Below are positions 56,547 through 64,000 of a DNA stretch of 64,000 nt, piece after piece. The first letter of the stretch is position 1, and each line of letters opens with the position of its first letter. Both the position numbers and the translations under genes were made by a program. This DNA comes from an uncultured Pseudomonadota bacterium (GTDB lineage: Bacteria; Pseudomonadota; Alphaproteobacteria; JACZXZ01): NCBI GenBank assembly GCA_963749075.1, contig CAVVLJ010000020.1, positions 352,001 to 416,000 on the forward strand. The letters run 5' to 3'. Under the pieces are notes generated by a model. The model was not told where the DNA came from, made no database searches, and was given only the letters and a program-made list of their open reading frames with translations.

Positions 56547-58781
56547 CTATTTCGTGAGCGCGACGAACACCCCGTCCCAATCGGCGGGCGGCGGCTCCGC
56601 GCGGAAGCGCGCGATGCGGCCCTCGTAGAGCGTGTAGAGCGCCTGGAGCGTCTCGGGTGCCTGCGAGCTGCAGGCCTCGAGGTACCGGCACGCCTCGGCC
56701 CAGCGCCGCTCCCGATAGGCGGCCAGCATGGCGTCGTGGTCGGCCTTGAGCGCCGCGAAGGCGGAGTTCGCCGCGATCCCGGCGTCGCCGACGAGGGCGA
56801 AGATGTGCACCGGCACGGCCTTGCCCTTGACCCGCACCAGGTCGAGCTCGATGAAGGCGAGCCCCTCAGCCTCCTCGGCCGTCTTCTCGCCCACCACGAT
56901 ATCGACGCCGTAGCTCGCCGACTGCCCCTCGAGCCGCGAGGCCAGGTTCACGTCGTCGCCGAGCACCGAATAGTCGAAGCGCTGGGCCGAGCCCAGGTTG
57001 CCGACGCAGCAGGTGCCCGTATTGAGGCCGATGCCGATGCGCACCTGGTGGAAGGGGCGGTCCTCGGCCGCGGCTTCCTCGCGCCAGCTCTCATTGAGGC
57101 GCACGAGCTCGCTGCGCATGGCGAGCGCTGCGCGGCAGGCATGCTCGGAATGGCTCGCATCGTCGAGCGGCGCGTTCCAGAACGCCATGATGGCGTCGCC
57201 CATGTATTTGTCGACGGTGCCGCCAGCGGCAAGGATGGCGTCCGTCATGGGCGTCAAGAAGCGGTTGATGAAGCTGGTGAGGCCGTGGGCGTCGAGGCGT
57301 TCGGCGATCCCGGTGAAGCCGCGGATGTCGCTGAACATGAGCGTCATCTCGCGCATCTCCCCGCCGAGCACGAGCCGCTCGGGATGGCGCGAGAGCTGTT
57401 CGACGATGGCCGGCGCCAGATAGCGCCCGAAGGCGTGGCGCACGCGGCGGCGCTCGTTCTCCGTGCGGAAGAACAGCACGGCCGAGGAGGAGAGGTAGAC
57501 GAGGAGCACCACGATCGAGGGGAACGCCGGGTCGAACAAGAGATTGTGCGCGGCATAGGCGTACCATGACGCGCCGAACGCCGAAGCCATGGCGCCAAGG
57601 CCGAGGAAGGCCGTCCAGCGGGCACCCACCTTGGGCAGCAGCAAGAGGAGGGCGATCCCGATCACCAGCATGTAGACGAGCTCGGCCCCGAGCGCCCAAT
57701 TGGGCCGCTCGAGCGAGTCGCCGAGCAGCATCTGCTCGGTGAGCTGGGCATGGATCTCGACGCCCGGCGCGTCGGGGTCGAGCGGCGTCGGGCGGAATTC
57801 CTTGAGGCCCTGGGCGGTGGTGCCGACATAGACGATGTTGCCCTTGATCATGTCCGGGTCCACGCTGCCGTCGAGCACCTTCCAGGCGGGTACGTAGCGC
57901 TCGGGGACGGGTGGCGTGAAGTGGAGCCAGACGGTGCCGCGCGAATCGGTCGGCACCACGAGCCGGCCGACCTTGATCGAGTTCACGCCCACGTGCTCGC
58001 CGAAGCTCCTGACGCCGTTGGCACCCGTCGACTTGATGATGTAGGTGTGCGCCCCCTGCGCCACGCGCAGGGTCTCGAGCGCCACCGCCGGATAGAGCCA
58101 ATAATCGTCGAGGCCGCTCACGAGGGGCACCCGGCGGGTGATCCCGTCGATCCCGAGGATGTCGTTGAAGGTGCCGTTGCCCGCGGCGGCCGCCTCGATG
58201 CTGCCGATATTGACGACGGCGCCGCGGAACTGCGGGACCCAGGGCCGCGGATCGTCGCCGGCGATGGCGAAGCTGGCCTTTTCCCGCGGCAGGAGCGCGC
58301 CGTGCCGGTGGGTGAGCACGAAGCCGGTCACCACGCGGCTGCGCCGGATCGCGTCGCCGAGCACGTCGTCGTGGTCGGGGAGCGCCTCGATGCGCTGGAC
58401 CAGGGGGTCGTTGGGATCGAGTCCCTTGAGGTCCCCGAGGGTGTACGCCGGCGAGGTGCGGTCCGGCTCGGCAAAGACGATGTCGAAAGCGGTCACCGCG
58501 GCGCCGAGCGCGGTCAGCCGGTCGACCAGCTTGGCCATGAGCGTGCGCGGCCACGGCCATTGACCGAGGCGCGTCAGGCTGTCGTCGTCGATGTCGACGA
58601 TGCGCACCGGCACCGGCTCGTAGTCGCGCGGCTTGAGGCGCATGTAATCGTCGAAGACGAAGAGCCGCAGCTGCTCGAGCGGCACCGGCTCGGCGGCCCA
58701 GCCGGCGAGCGCTGCAAGAAGGATGACGAGGGGCACCAGAAGGTGCAGCTTGCTCTTGAGAAGGCGCTTCGCCTGTTGCAT
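56547..58781 (-). CDS. CHASE2-domain class III adenylate/guanylate cyclase
   Basis: IVDIDDDSL..LGQWPWPR, FDIVFAEPDR, PGVEIHAQ, three TM helices, MFSDIRGFT, DKYMGD, GDDVNLASRLEG, VKGK. Confidence 0.95.
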   Translation of the reverse strand: MQQAKRLLKSKLHLLVPLVILLAALAGWAAEPVPLEQLRLFVFDDYMRLKPRDYEPVPVRIVDIDDDSLTRLGQWPWPRTLMAKLVDRLTALGAAVTAFDIVFAEPDRTSPAYTLGDLKGLDPNDPLVQRIEALPDHDDVLGDAIRRSRVVTGFVLTHRHGALLPREKASFAIAGDDPRPWVPQFRGAVVNIGSIEAAAAGNGTFNDILGIDGITRRVPLVSGLDDYWLYPAVALETLRVAQGAHTYIIKSTGANGVRSFGEHVGVNSIKVGRLVVPTDSRGTVWLHFTPPVPERYVPAWKVLDGSVDPDMIKGNIVYVGTTAQGLKEFRPTPLDPDAPGVEIHAQLTEQMLLGDSLERPNWALGAELVYMLVIGIALLLLLPKVGARWTAFLGLGAMASAFGASWYAYAAHNLLFDPAFPSIVVLLVYLSSSAVLFFRTENERRRVRHAFGRYLAPAIVEQLSRHPERLVLGGEMREMTLMFSDIRGFTGIAERLDAHGLTSFINRFLTPMTDAILAAGGTVDKYMGDAIMAFWNAPLDDASHSEHACRAALAMRSELVRLNESWREEAAAEDRPFHQVRIGIGLNTGTCCVGNLGSAQRFDYSVLGDDVNLASRLEGQSASYGVDIVVGEKTAEEAEGLAFIELDLVRVKGKAVPVHIFALVGDAGIAANSAFAALKADHDAMLAAYRERRWAEACRYLEACSSQAPETLQALYTLYEGRIARFRAEPPPADWDGVFVALTK

Positions 58782-58790
58782 GGCGCCATG

Positions 58791-59600
58791 CTACCCGCTG
58801 GCGCGCCGCTCCGCCACATGGCCGGCGAGGGCGGCAATCAGCTGCTCGAGGACGGGGCGCAGCCGCTCGGCGCGCTCGGCGCGGTAGCGGAAGGGCGGGC
58901 TCTCGTCCATGTAGGTGATCTGGCTGAGCTCGAGCTGGACGGCCTGCACGGCGTCCGCGGGGCGGCCGTACCGCCGCGTGATGTAGCCGCCGGTGAAGCG
59001 GCCGTCGAGCACGCTCGTGAAGCCCTCGGCGCTCTGGCAGAGCTCGAAGAGCCTGCGGGCGAGGCCGGCCTCCATGCTGGCGCCCTTGGCGGTGCCCAGG
59101 TTGAGGTCGGGGAGGCGGCCAGGGAAGAAGCGCGGCACGCGCGAGCGGATCGAGTGGGCGTCGAATAGGATGGCGAAGCCGAACTTGCCGCGGATGCGCT
59201 CCAGCTCGTGTGTGACGCGGTCGTGATAGGGCTTCCAATAGACGTTGATGCGGCGGTGCACCTCCTCGGCGTCGGGCTCCTCGCTTGGGCGGTAGAGCGG
59301 CAGACGCTCGAAGGTGTCGAGCGGGACGACGCCGGTGTTCTCGGCACCCGGATAGAGGGCCTCGCCGCTCGGGTCGCGGTTGAGATCGACCACATAGCGC
59401 GAGAAGTTCGCCATCAGGAAATGGGCGCCGAGCGCGCCCGCGAATTCATAGAGCCGGTCGACGTGCCAGTCGGTATCGGCCAGCACGAGCGCGGCGGGCG
59501 TCATGCGCGCCGCCAAGTGATCTGGAACGCTCGTGCCACAATGGGGGATCGAGATGAGGAGCGGTGTGCTTCCCGGGAGGAGACGGTAGATTTCGCTCAC
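58791..59600 (-). CDS. hutG: N-formylglutamate deformylase/amidohydrolase
   Basis: LLISIPHCGT, DTDWHVDRLY, SRYVVDLNR, YWKPYH, FDAHSIRS, GRFTGGYITR, QLELSQ. Confidence 0.9.
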   Translation of the reverse strand: MSEIYRLLPGSTPLLISIPHCGTSVPDHLAARMTPAALVLADTDWHVDRLYEFAGALGAHFLMANFSRYVVDLNRDPSGEALYPGAENTGVVPLDTFERLPLYRPSEEPDAEEVHRRINVYWKPYHDRVTHELERIRGKFGFAILFDAHSIRSRVPRFFPGRLPDLNLGTAKGASMEAGLARRLFELCQSAEGFTSVLDGRFTGGYITRRYGRPADAVQAVQLELSQITYMDESPPFRYRAERAERLRPVLEQLIAALAGHVAERRASG

Positions 59601-59625
59601 GGCTTCTCCCCGCGTGAGAGGGCTT

Positions 59626-60642
59626 CTAGGCCGAACCCCGCGCGCCTTCCGTGAGGAGGCGGCAGTAGAGCGCCGCATCCACGTTGCCGCCCGAGCAGAC
59701 GACCGCGACCGCGCGCCCGGCAATAGGCAGCTTGCCGGCGAGCACGGCCGCGAGCGCCACGGCACCCCCCGGCTCGACCACCAGCTTGAAATGCTCGAAG
59801 GCTGCCGCCATGGCCGCTGCCACCTCGGCTTCGCTCACGGCAAAGCCGCTCGCGACGCGGCCCTGCATGGCGGCGAAGGTGAGCTCGCCCGGCTGCTCCG
59901 CCATGAGCGCATCGCAGATCGAGCGTCCGCCGCTGGCGTTGCTCACGCGCCTGCCTGCCGCGAGCGAGCGGGCGGTGTCGTCGAAGCCTTCCGGCTCGAC
60001 GCTGTGCACGCGCGTCGCCGGCGAGAGCTCGCTGAGGGCGATCGCGATGCCCGAGGCGAGCCCGCCGCCGCTCGCGGGCACCGCCACCGCGGCAAGCTCG
60101 ACGCCGAGCGCCGCCGCATCCTCGGCGATCTCCAGGCCCGCGGTGCCCTGGCCCGCGATGATCTCGGGGTCGTCGTAGGGCCGCACGAGCGTGGCGCCGC
60201 GCTCGGCCAGGAGCCGCGCCGCGACCGCCTCCCGGTCCTCCTTGTAGCGGTCGTAGAACACCACCTCGGCACCGTAGCCGCGGGTATTGGCGACCTTGAT
60301 GGCGGGCGCATCGGCCGGCATGACGATCACGGCCGGCATGGCGAGAAGCTGGGCCGCGGCCGCAACGCCCTGCGCATGGTTGCCGGAGGAGAAGGCGACG
60401 ACGCCGCGCGCCCGCGCCTCGGCGGGGATCTGGCTCATGCGGTTATAGGCGCCGCGGAACTTGAACGAGCCCGTGCGCTGCAGCGTCTCGGCCTTGACGA
60501 AGAGCCGGCCGCCGAGCCGGGCATCGAGCACCGGCGATGCGAGGAGCGGGGTGCGCACCGCCTGCCCGGCAAGCCGCGCCGCGGCCGCGCGCACCGCCGC
60601 CAGCGTCGAAATCGCCTTTATCTCGGGCCTCGCGTCGTTCAT
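59626..60642 (-). CDS. threonine/serine dehydratase family PLP enzyme
   Basis: RTPLL, KAETLQRTGSFKFRGA, SSGNHAQG, GQGTAGLE, GGGL, VEPGGA, SGGNVD. No regulatory domain. Confidence 0.9.
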   Translation of the reverse strand: MNDARPEIKAISTLAAVRAAAARLAGQAVRTPLLASPVLDARLGGRLFVKAETLQRTGSFKFRGAYNRMSQIPAEARARGVVAFSSGNHAQGVAAAAQLLAMPAVIVMPADAPAIKVANTRGYGAEVVFYDRYKEDREAVAARLLAERGATLVRPYDDPEIIAGQGTAGLEIAEDAAALGVELAAVAVPASGGGLASGIAIALSELSPATRVHSVEPEGFDDTARSLAAGRRVSNASGGRSICDALMAEQPGELTFAAMQGRVASGFAVSEAEVAAAMAAAFEHFKLVVEPGGAVALAAVLAGKLPIAGRAVAVVCSGGNVDAALYCRLLTEGARGSA

Positions 60643-60849
60643 GGGCTCACCCCCCTCTCGAGAAAGTATATGACGACACGAGGCGCCTGCAACCGCGGCC
60701 TGGCTCCCGCGGCCTGGCTCCCGGCCGGCCCGCCCGCCCCGCCTGCGGCAAGCGGTCCCATGGCGTGGCCCCGATCTTGCTCTACCTCGAGGGAGCGGGG
60801 AGAAGGCTTCCCGTTCGGATGCAGGATCAGGATAGCGAGAGGTTCGGTC

Positions 60850-61038
60850 ATGGCATGGGTCGCAACGCACGGGCAAAACAGCCGGGAAATGGTCTCCGAG
60901 CGGCCGGCAAAAGCCGCGCGATCCGGCCTTCTTCGGCGGCTGAGAGGGGTGCGGGACATCTCCCTCCTGCTCACCGCCTGGCTGGGCAGCTGGGCCCTAG
61001 TGGTCCTCGTGGCCAGAGGCCTGTGGGGCATCCTCTAA
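60850..61038 (+). CDS. small membrane protein (62 aa)
   Basis: ATG after GAGAGG, basic stretch, then C-terminal TM ISLLLTAWLGSWALVVLVARGLWGIL. Confidence 0.4.
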   Translation: MAWVATHGQNSREMVSERPAKAARSGLLRRLRGVRDISLLLTAWLGSWALVVLVARGLWGIL

Positions 61039-61211
61039 GCGCGCCGTCGCCAGGCGGAGCCCACCCGCTTCGCAATTTGCAAATTGCAAGGCAAATTGCC
61101 TAAAATCCACTTCAAATCTGCTGAGCTCCTCGCGCTCCTCGTCTTAGGCCGCATCCGCACCTCCCAAGGAGGCTTGCAGCGCCGCGCGATGCCTGGCGCA
61201 GCGCGGCCCGC

Positions 61212-62015
61212 TCACGCGAAGTAGCAGGAGACCGAGCCGAAGGGGCCGTAATCCGCGTGGATCGTATCGCCCTTCTTCACGTCGATCGGCCTGATGAAGG
61301 AGCCGCTCAGGACGACTTGGCCGGGCTCGAGGGCCAAACCGTGGAGTGCGAGCTTGTTGGCGAGCCAGGCGATGCCGTTGGCCGGATGGTTGAGCACCGC
61401 CGCCGCGACCCCGGTCTCCTCGATCTGGCCGTTCTTCGCGCAGAGGCCGCCGATCCAGCGCAAATCCGTCTCGAGCGGCTTGAAGGGCCGCCCGCCCACC
61501 ACGATGCCGGCGTCGCTCGCGTTGTCGGCGATGCCGTCCGTGATCTTGCGCGTGGCCTTGCTCTCGCGGTCGACGCGCTCGATGCGCGCGTCGAGTATCT
61601 CGAGCGCCGGCACCACGTAGTCCGTGGCGTTGAGCGCATCGAAGATCGTGGCGCCGGGGCCGGAGAGCCGCCGCGCCAGCACGAAGGCGAGCTCCATCTC
61701 GATCTTGGGCTGGATGAAGCGCTCGGTCGGGATGTTCGAGCCGTCATGGAAGAACATGTCGTCGAGGAGGAAGCCGTAGTCCGGCTCGTCGATGTTCACG
61801 GTGCGCTGCATGACCTTGGAGGTGAGGCCGATCTTGCGCCCCTTGACGGTGCGCCCGCGCGAGAGCTTGAGCTGCAGCCAGGCGTGCTGGATGGCGTAGG
61901 CGTCCTCGATGGTCATGGCCGGATGCTCGCGGGTGAGCTGGCGCATGAAGGTGCGCGTGCGCTCGGCCTCCTCGAGGCGGGCGACCGCGGCCTCGATGCT
62001 CGTCTTGTCCAACAT
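61212..62015 (-). CDS. hpaH: 2-oxo-hept-3-ene-1,7-dioate hydratase
   Basis: EDAYAIQ, GRKIGLTS, EPDYGFL, IEMELAF, PALEILDAR, ADNA, VLNHPANG, SGSF. Confidence 0.85.
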   Translation of the reverse strand: MLDKTSIEAAVARLEEAERTRTFMRQLTREHPAMTIEDAYAIQHAWLQLKLSRGRTVKGRKIGLTSKVMQRTVNIDEPDYGFLLDDMFFHDGSNIPTERFIQPKIEMELAFVLARRLSGPGATIFDALNATDYVVPALEILDARIERVDRESKATRKITDGIADNASDAGIVVGGRPFKPLETDLRWIGGLCAKNGQIEETGVAAAVLNHPANGIAWLANKLALHGLALEPGQVVLSGSFIRPIDVKKGDTIHADYGPFGSVSCYFA

Positions 62016-62078
62016 CGTCTTGCCTCCCTCGGATGATTTCTCTCGACGGTGCGCGTCGGACGCCGCCCGGGCGGGGTG

Positions 62079-62843
62079 TTATGCCAGCGCCACCAGGAAG
62101 AGGCGGCGGAAGGGATAGAGCGTGCGGCCGTCGGCCTCGGGCGGGTAGGCCTTGAGCACGCGCTCGCGGTACTGCGCCTCGAAGGCGCTGCGTGCCGGCT
62201 CCTCGAGTGCCGCGAGGAAGGGGCTCAACGCCGTGCCCTTCGTCCATTCGACCACCGGGTTCTCGCCGCTCAGGACCTGGAGATAGTCGATGTCCCAGAT
62301 GTTGAGGCCCTTGGCGAGGGGGGCTAGGAGGCGGTGATAGAACTGAGGGGGCGCCACGCGCGCGCTGCGCACCAGGGGCTCGAGGTGCTGGCGCCAGGGT
62401 CCTGCCGCCACCGTCTCGCGGATGGCGACGTGGGAGGGGCTGTCGTCGTTGCGCGGTACCTGCACGGCGAGTGCGCCGCCCGGCGCCACCTGTGAGAGGA
62501 GCCTCGGATAGAGCCTCTCGTGATCGTCGAGCCACTGCAGCGCCGCGTTGGTGAAGACGAGGTTGACGGGCTCCTCGGCGCGCCAGCTCGCGATGTCGCC
62601 TTGGCGCCACTCGAGCGCCGGATAGTCCTTCCGCGCTCGCTCGAGCATCTCGGCCGCGTTGTCGATGCCGATGACGTGCGCGCCCGGCCAGCGCTCCGCG
62701 AGCAGTTTGGTCACGTTGCCGGGGCCGCAGCCGAGATCGACGATGCGCCGCGGTGCCGCGAGCGGCACGCGCGCCATGAGGTCTAGCGCCGGCCGCAGCC
62801 GGTGATCGCCGAAGGCGAGGTAGAGGTCGGGGTTCCAGCTCAT
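62079..62843 (-). CDS. tam: trans-aconitate 2-methyltransferase
   Basis: MSWNPDLYLAF, RPALDL, VDLGCGPGN, NAALQW, WTKGTAL, YPFRRLF. Confidence 0.88.
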   Translation of the reverse strand: MSWNPDLYLAFGDHRLRPALDLMARVPLAAPRRIVDLGCGPGNVTKLLAERWPGAHVIGIDNAAEMLERARKDYPALEWRQGDIASWRAEEPVNLVFTNAALQWLDDHERLYPRLLSQVAPGGALAVQVPRNDDSPSHVAIRETVAAGPWRQHLEPLVRSARVAPPQFYHRLLAPLAKGLNIWDIDYLQVLSGENPVVEWTKGTALSPFLAALEEPARSAFEAQYRERVLKAYPPEADGRTLYPFRRLFLVALA

Positions 62844-63082
62844 GGGGCGGTCTCGGGCGAAGGGTCGCGGCGATGGCGCAACGATAATGCCGCGGCTAAT
62901 CTAGCGGACGGAGAACCCCGCGCATAGCGGTGCACGTGGTGCCGGCGTCCAAACCCACGTCGGCGCCGCCCGGCGGCCGCGGCGCTTGACGGTCGGCTGG
63001 GCTGTGCATACATTGATGCACATCGTGTGTACAGAACCGCGGGCCGGGCCGGTGCGTGGCGGGACGAAGGACGTTTTTCCCG

Positions 63083-63379
63083 ATGGAGCCCGACAGGTTC
63101 GAGTGGGATGAAGCAAAGCGTCGCTTCAATCTCGAGAAGCACGGCGTCGACTTTGCAACGGCCAAACGGGTCTTTTCGTGCCCACGTCTCGAGCAAATCG
63201 ATGCGCGCCGGGATTATGGCGAGCAGAGGATCATCTCTATCGGCACGGTCTTCGGGCTTGAACTCGTCATCGTCTGCACCTTGCGCGGCAATGTGTGTCG
63301 CCTGATCTCAGCGAGAAGAGCGAATGAGCGCGAGAGACAAGCGTATCGTCAGACGTTCCCGGATATCGGCCGCGCGTGA
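63083..63379 (+). CDS. brnT: BrnT family toxin
   Basis: FEWDEAKRRFNLEKHGVDF, DYGEQR, RLISARRAN..ER. Confidence 0.92.
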   Translation: MEPDRFEWDEAKRRFNLEKHGVDFATAKRVFSCPRLEQIDARRDYGEQRIISIGTVFGLELVIVCTLRGNVCRLISARRANERERQAYRQTFPDIGRA

Positions 63380-63644
63380 CCGCACCGATTGGAAGCGTCT
63401 CAAGGCGCTCACCGACAGGGAGATCCAGCGGGCCGTTGCCGAGGATCCCGACGCGGCACCGCTCCTCGATGCCGATTGGTTCAAGAGTGCCAGGCACGTC
63501 AGTCCGCCCGAGAAGGGCCGCATCACGATTCGCCTCGACAAGGACATTCTCAGCTTCTTTCGCACGTTGGGCCCGCGGTATCAGACGCGCATCAATACGG
63601 TTCTGCGCGCCTACGTCGAGCACGTCCAGCGGGCTCGCAAATAG
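63324..63644 (+). CDS. brnA: BrnA family antitoxin
   Basis: TDWKRL, DPDAAP, ITIRLDKDILSFF, YQTRINTVLR. Confidence 0.92.
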   Translation: MSARDKRIVRRSRISAARDRTDWKRLKALTDREIQRAVAEDPDAAPLLDADWFKSARHVSPPEKGRITIRLDKDILSFFRTLGPRYQTRINTVLRAYVEHVQRARK

Positions 63645-63651
63645 ACTTGGA

Positions 63652-64000
63652 CTGACAATACGCACGATCCTCATCCTCCGCCCAGGCGCCCTCGGCGACG
63701 CGCTTCTGACCCTGCCGCTCGTGGAGGCGCTCGCCGCGCGCGGGGCGGCGCGCATCCTTCTCCTCGGCACGCCGGGCTCGTGGCGCTTCCTGCGCGTCCC
63801 TTCGCCGCCGCTCGAGGTTCTCGACATGGGCGGGCGGGAGTGGCTCGGCCTCTTCGCCGGAGACGCCGAGCTCGGCGTCCGCGCCCGCGCGCTGCTTGCC
63901 GGGGTCGACGCGGCCCTCGTCCTCGCGGGCGCCCACCGCGCGGCGCTCGAGGCGGGATTGCGCGCCGCGGGCGTGCCGCAGGTCCGTGGCGCTCGACCGG
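63652..64000 (+). CDS. glycosyltransferase family 9 (heptosyltransferase-like), 3'-truncated by window edge
   Basis: TILILRPGALGDALLTLPLVEAL motif, frame open to the end of the window. No clear ATG. Absent from the ORF track. Confidence 0.7.
   Translation, partial: MTIRTILILRPGALGDALLTLPLVEALAARGAARILLLGTPGSWRFLRVPSPPLEVLDMGGREWLGLFAGDAELGVRARALLAGVDAALVLAGAHRAALEAGLRAAGVPQVRGARP

Overview
A high-GC (about 70% by eye) bacterial chromosomal window. Gene content and order (gluQ-alkA-esterase...HNH...coq7-dsbB-yqaA-tRNA-Leu; apaG-folE-argE; argD-argF-hslO) point to an Alphaproteobacterium, probably Rhodospirillales-like (inference). Most of it is housekeeping or metabolic DNA, interrupted by accessory modules: an amino-acid ABC transporter with LysR and a flavin oxidoreductase pair, a 2OG-Fe(II) dioxygenase paired with a non-canonical SHMT, a LysR/NmrA/SDR islet beside tRNA-Leu, vapBC and brnTA toxin-antitoxin pairs, and a branched-chain-type ABC transporter next to a 3-sulfinopropanoyl-CoA desulfinase-like gene. 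The most unusual region is about 46.9-58.8 kb. It encodes a TPR/outer-membrane beta-barrel protein, three glycosyltransferases (one a GT11-like enzyme fused to an F-type lectin-like domain), a 1119-aa secreted FecR-domain protein behind a perfect sigma-54 consensus (Pro-Thr stalk, His9 tract, about 625 aa of Gly-X-X Ser/His repeats), and a convergent CHASE2 adenylate cyclase. Together these suggest a glycosylated surface-filament export and sensing system (hypothesis). Several genes carry an apparent single-base +1 insertion, most simply explained as sequencing error. Palindromic MITE/REP-like elements, a speF-type leader and a candidate sRNA are also present. No CRISPR array, rRNA, integrase or transposase was found. 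All calls come from reading motifs by eye; no database search was run.
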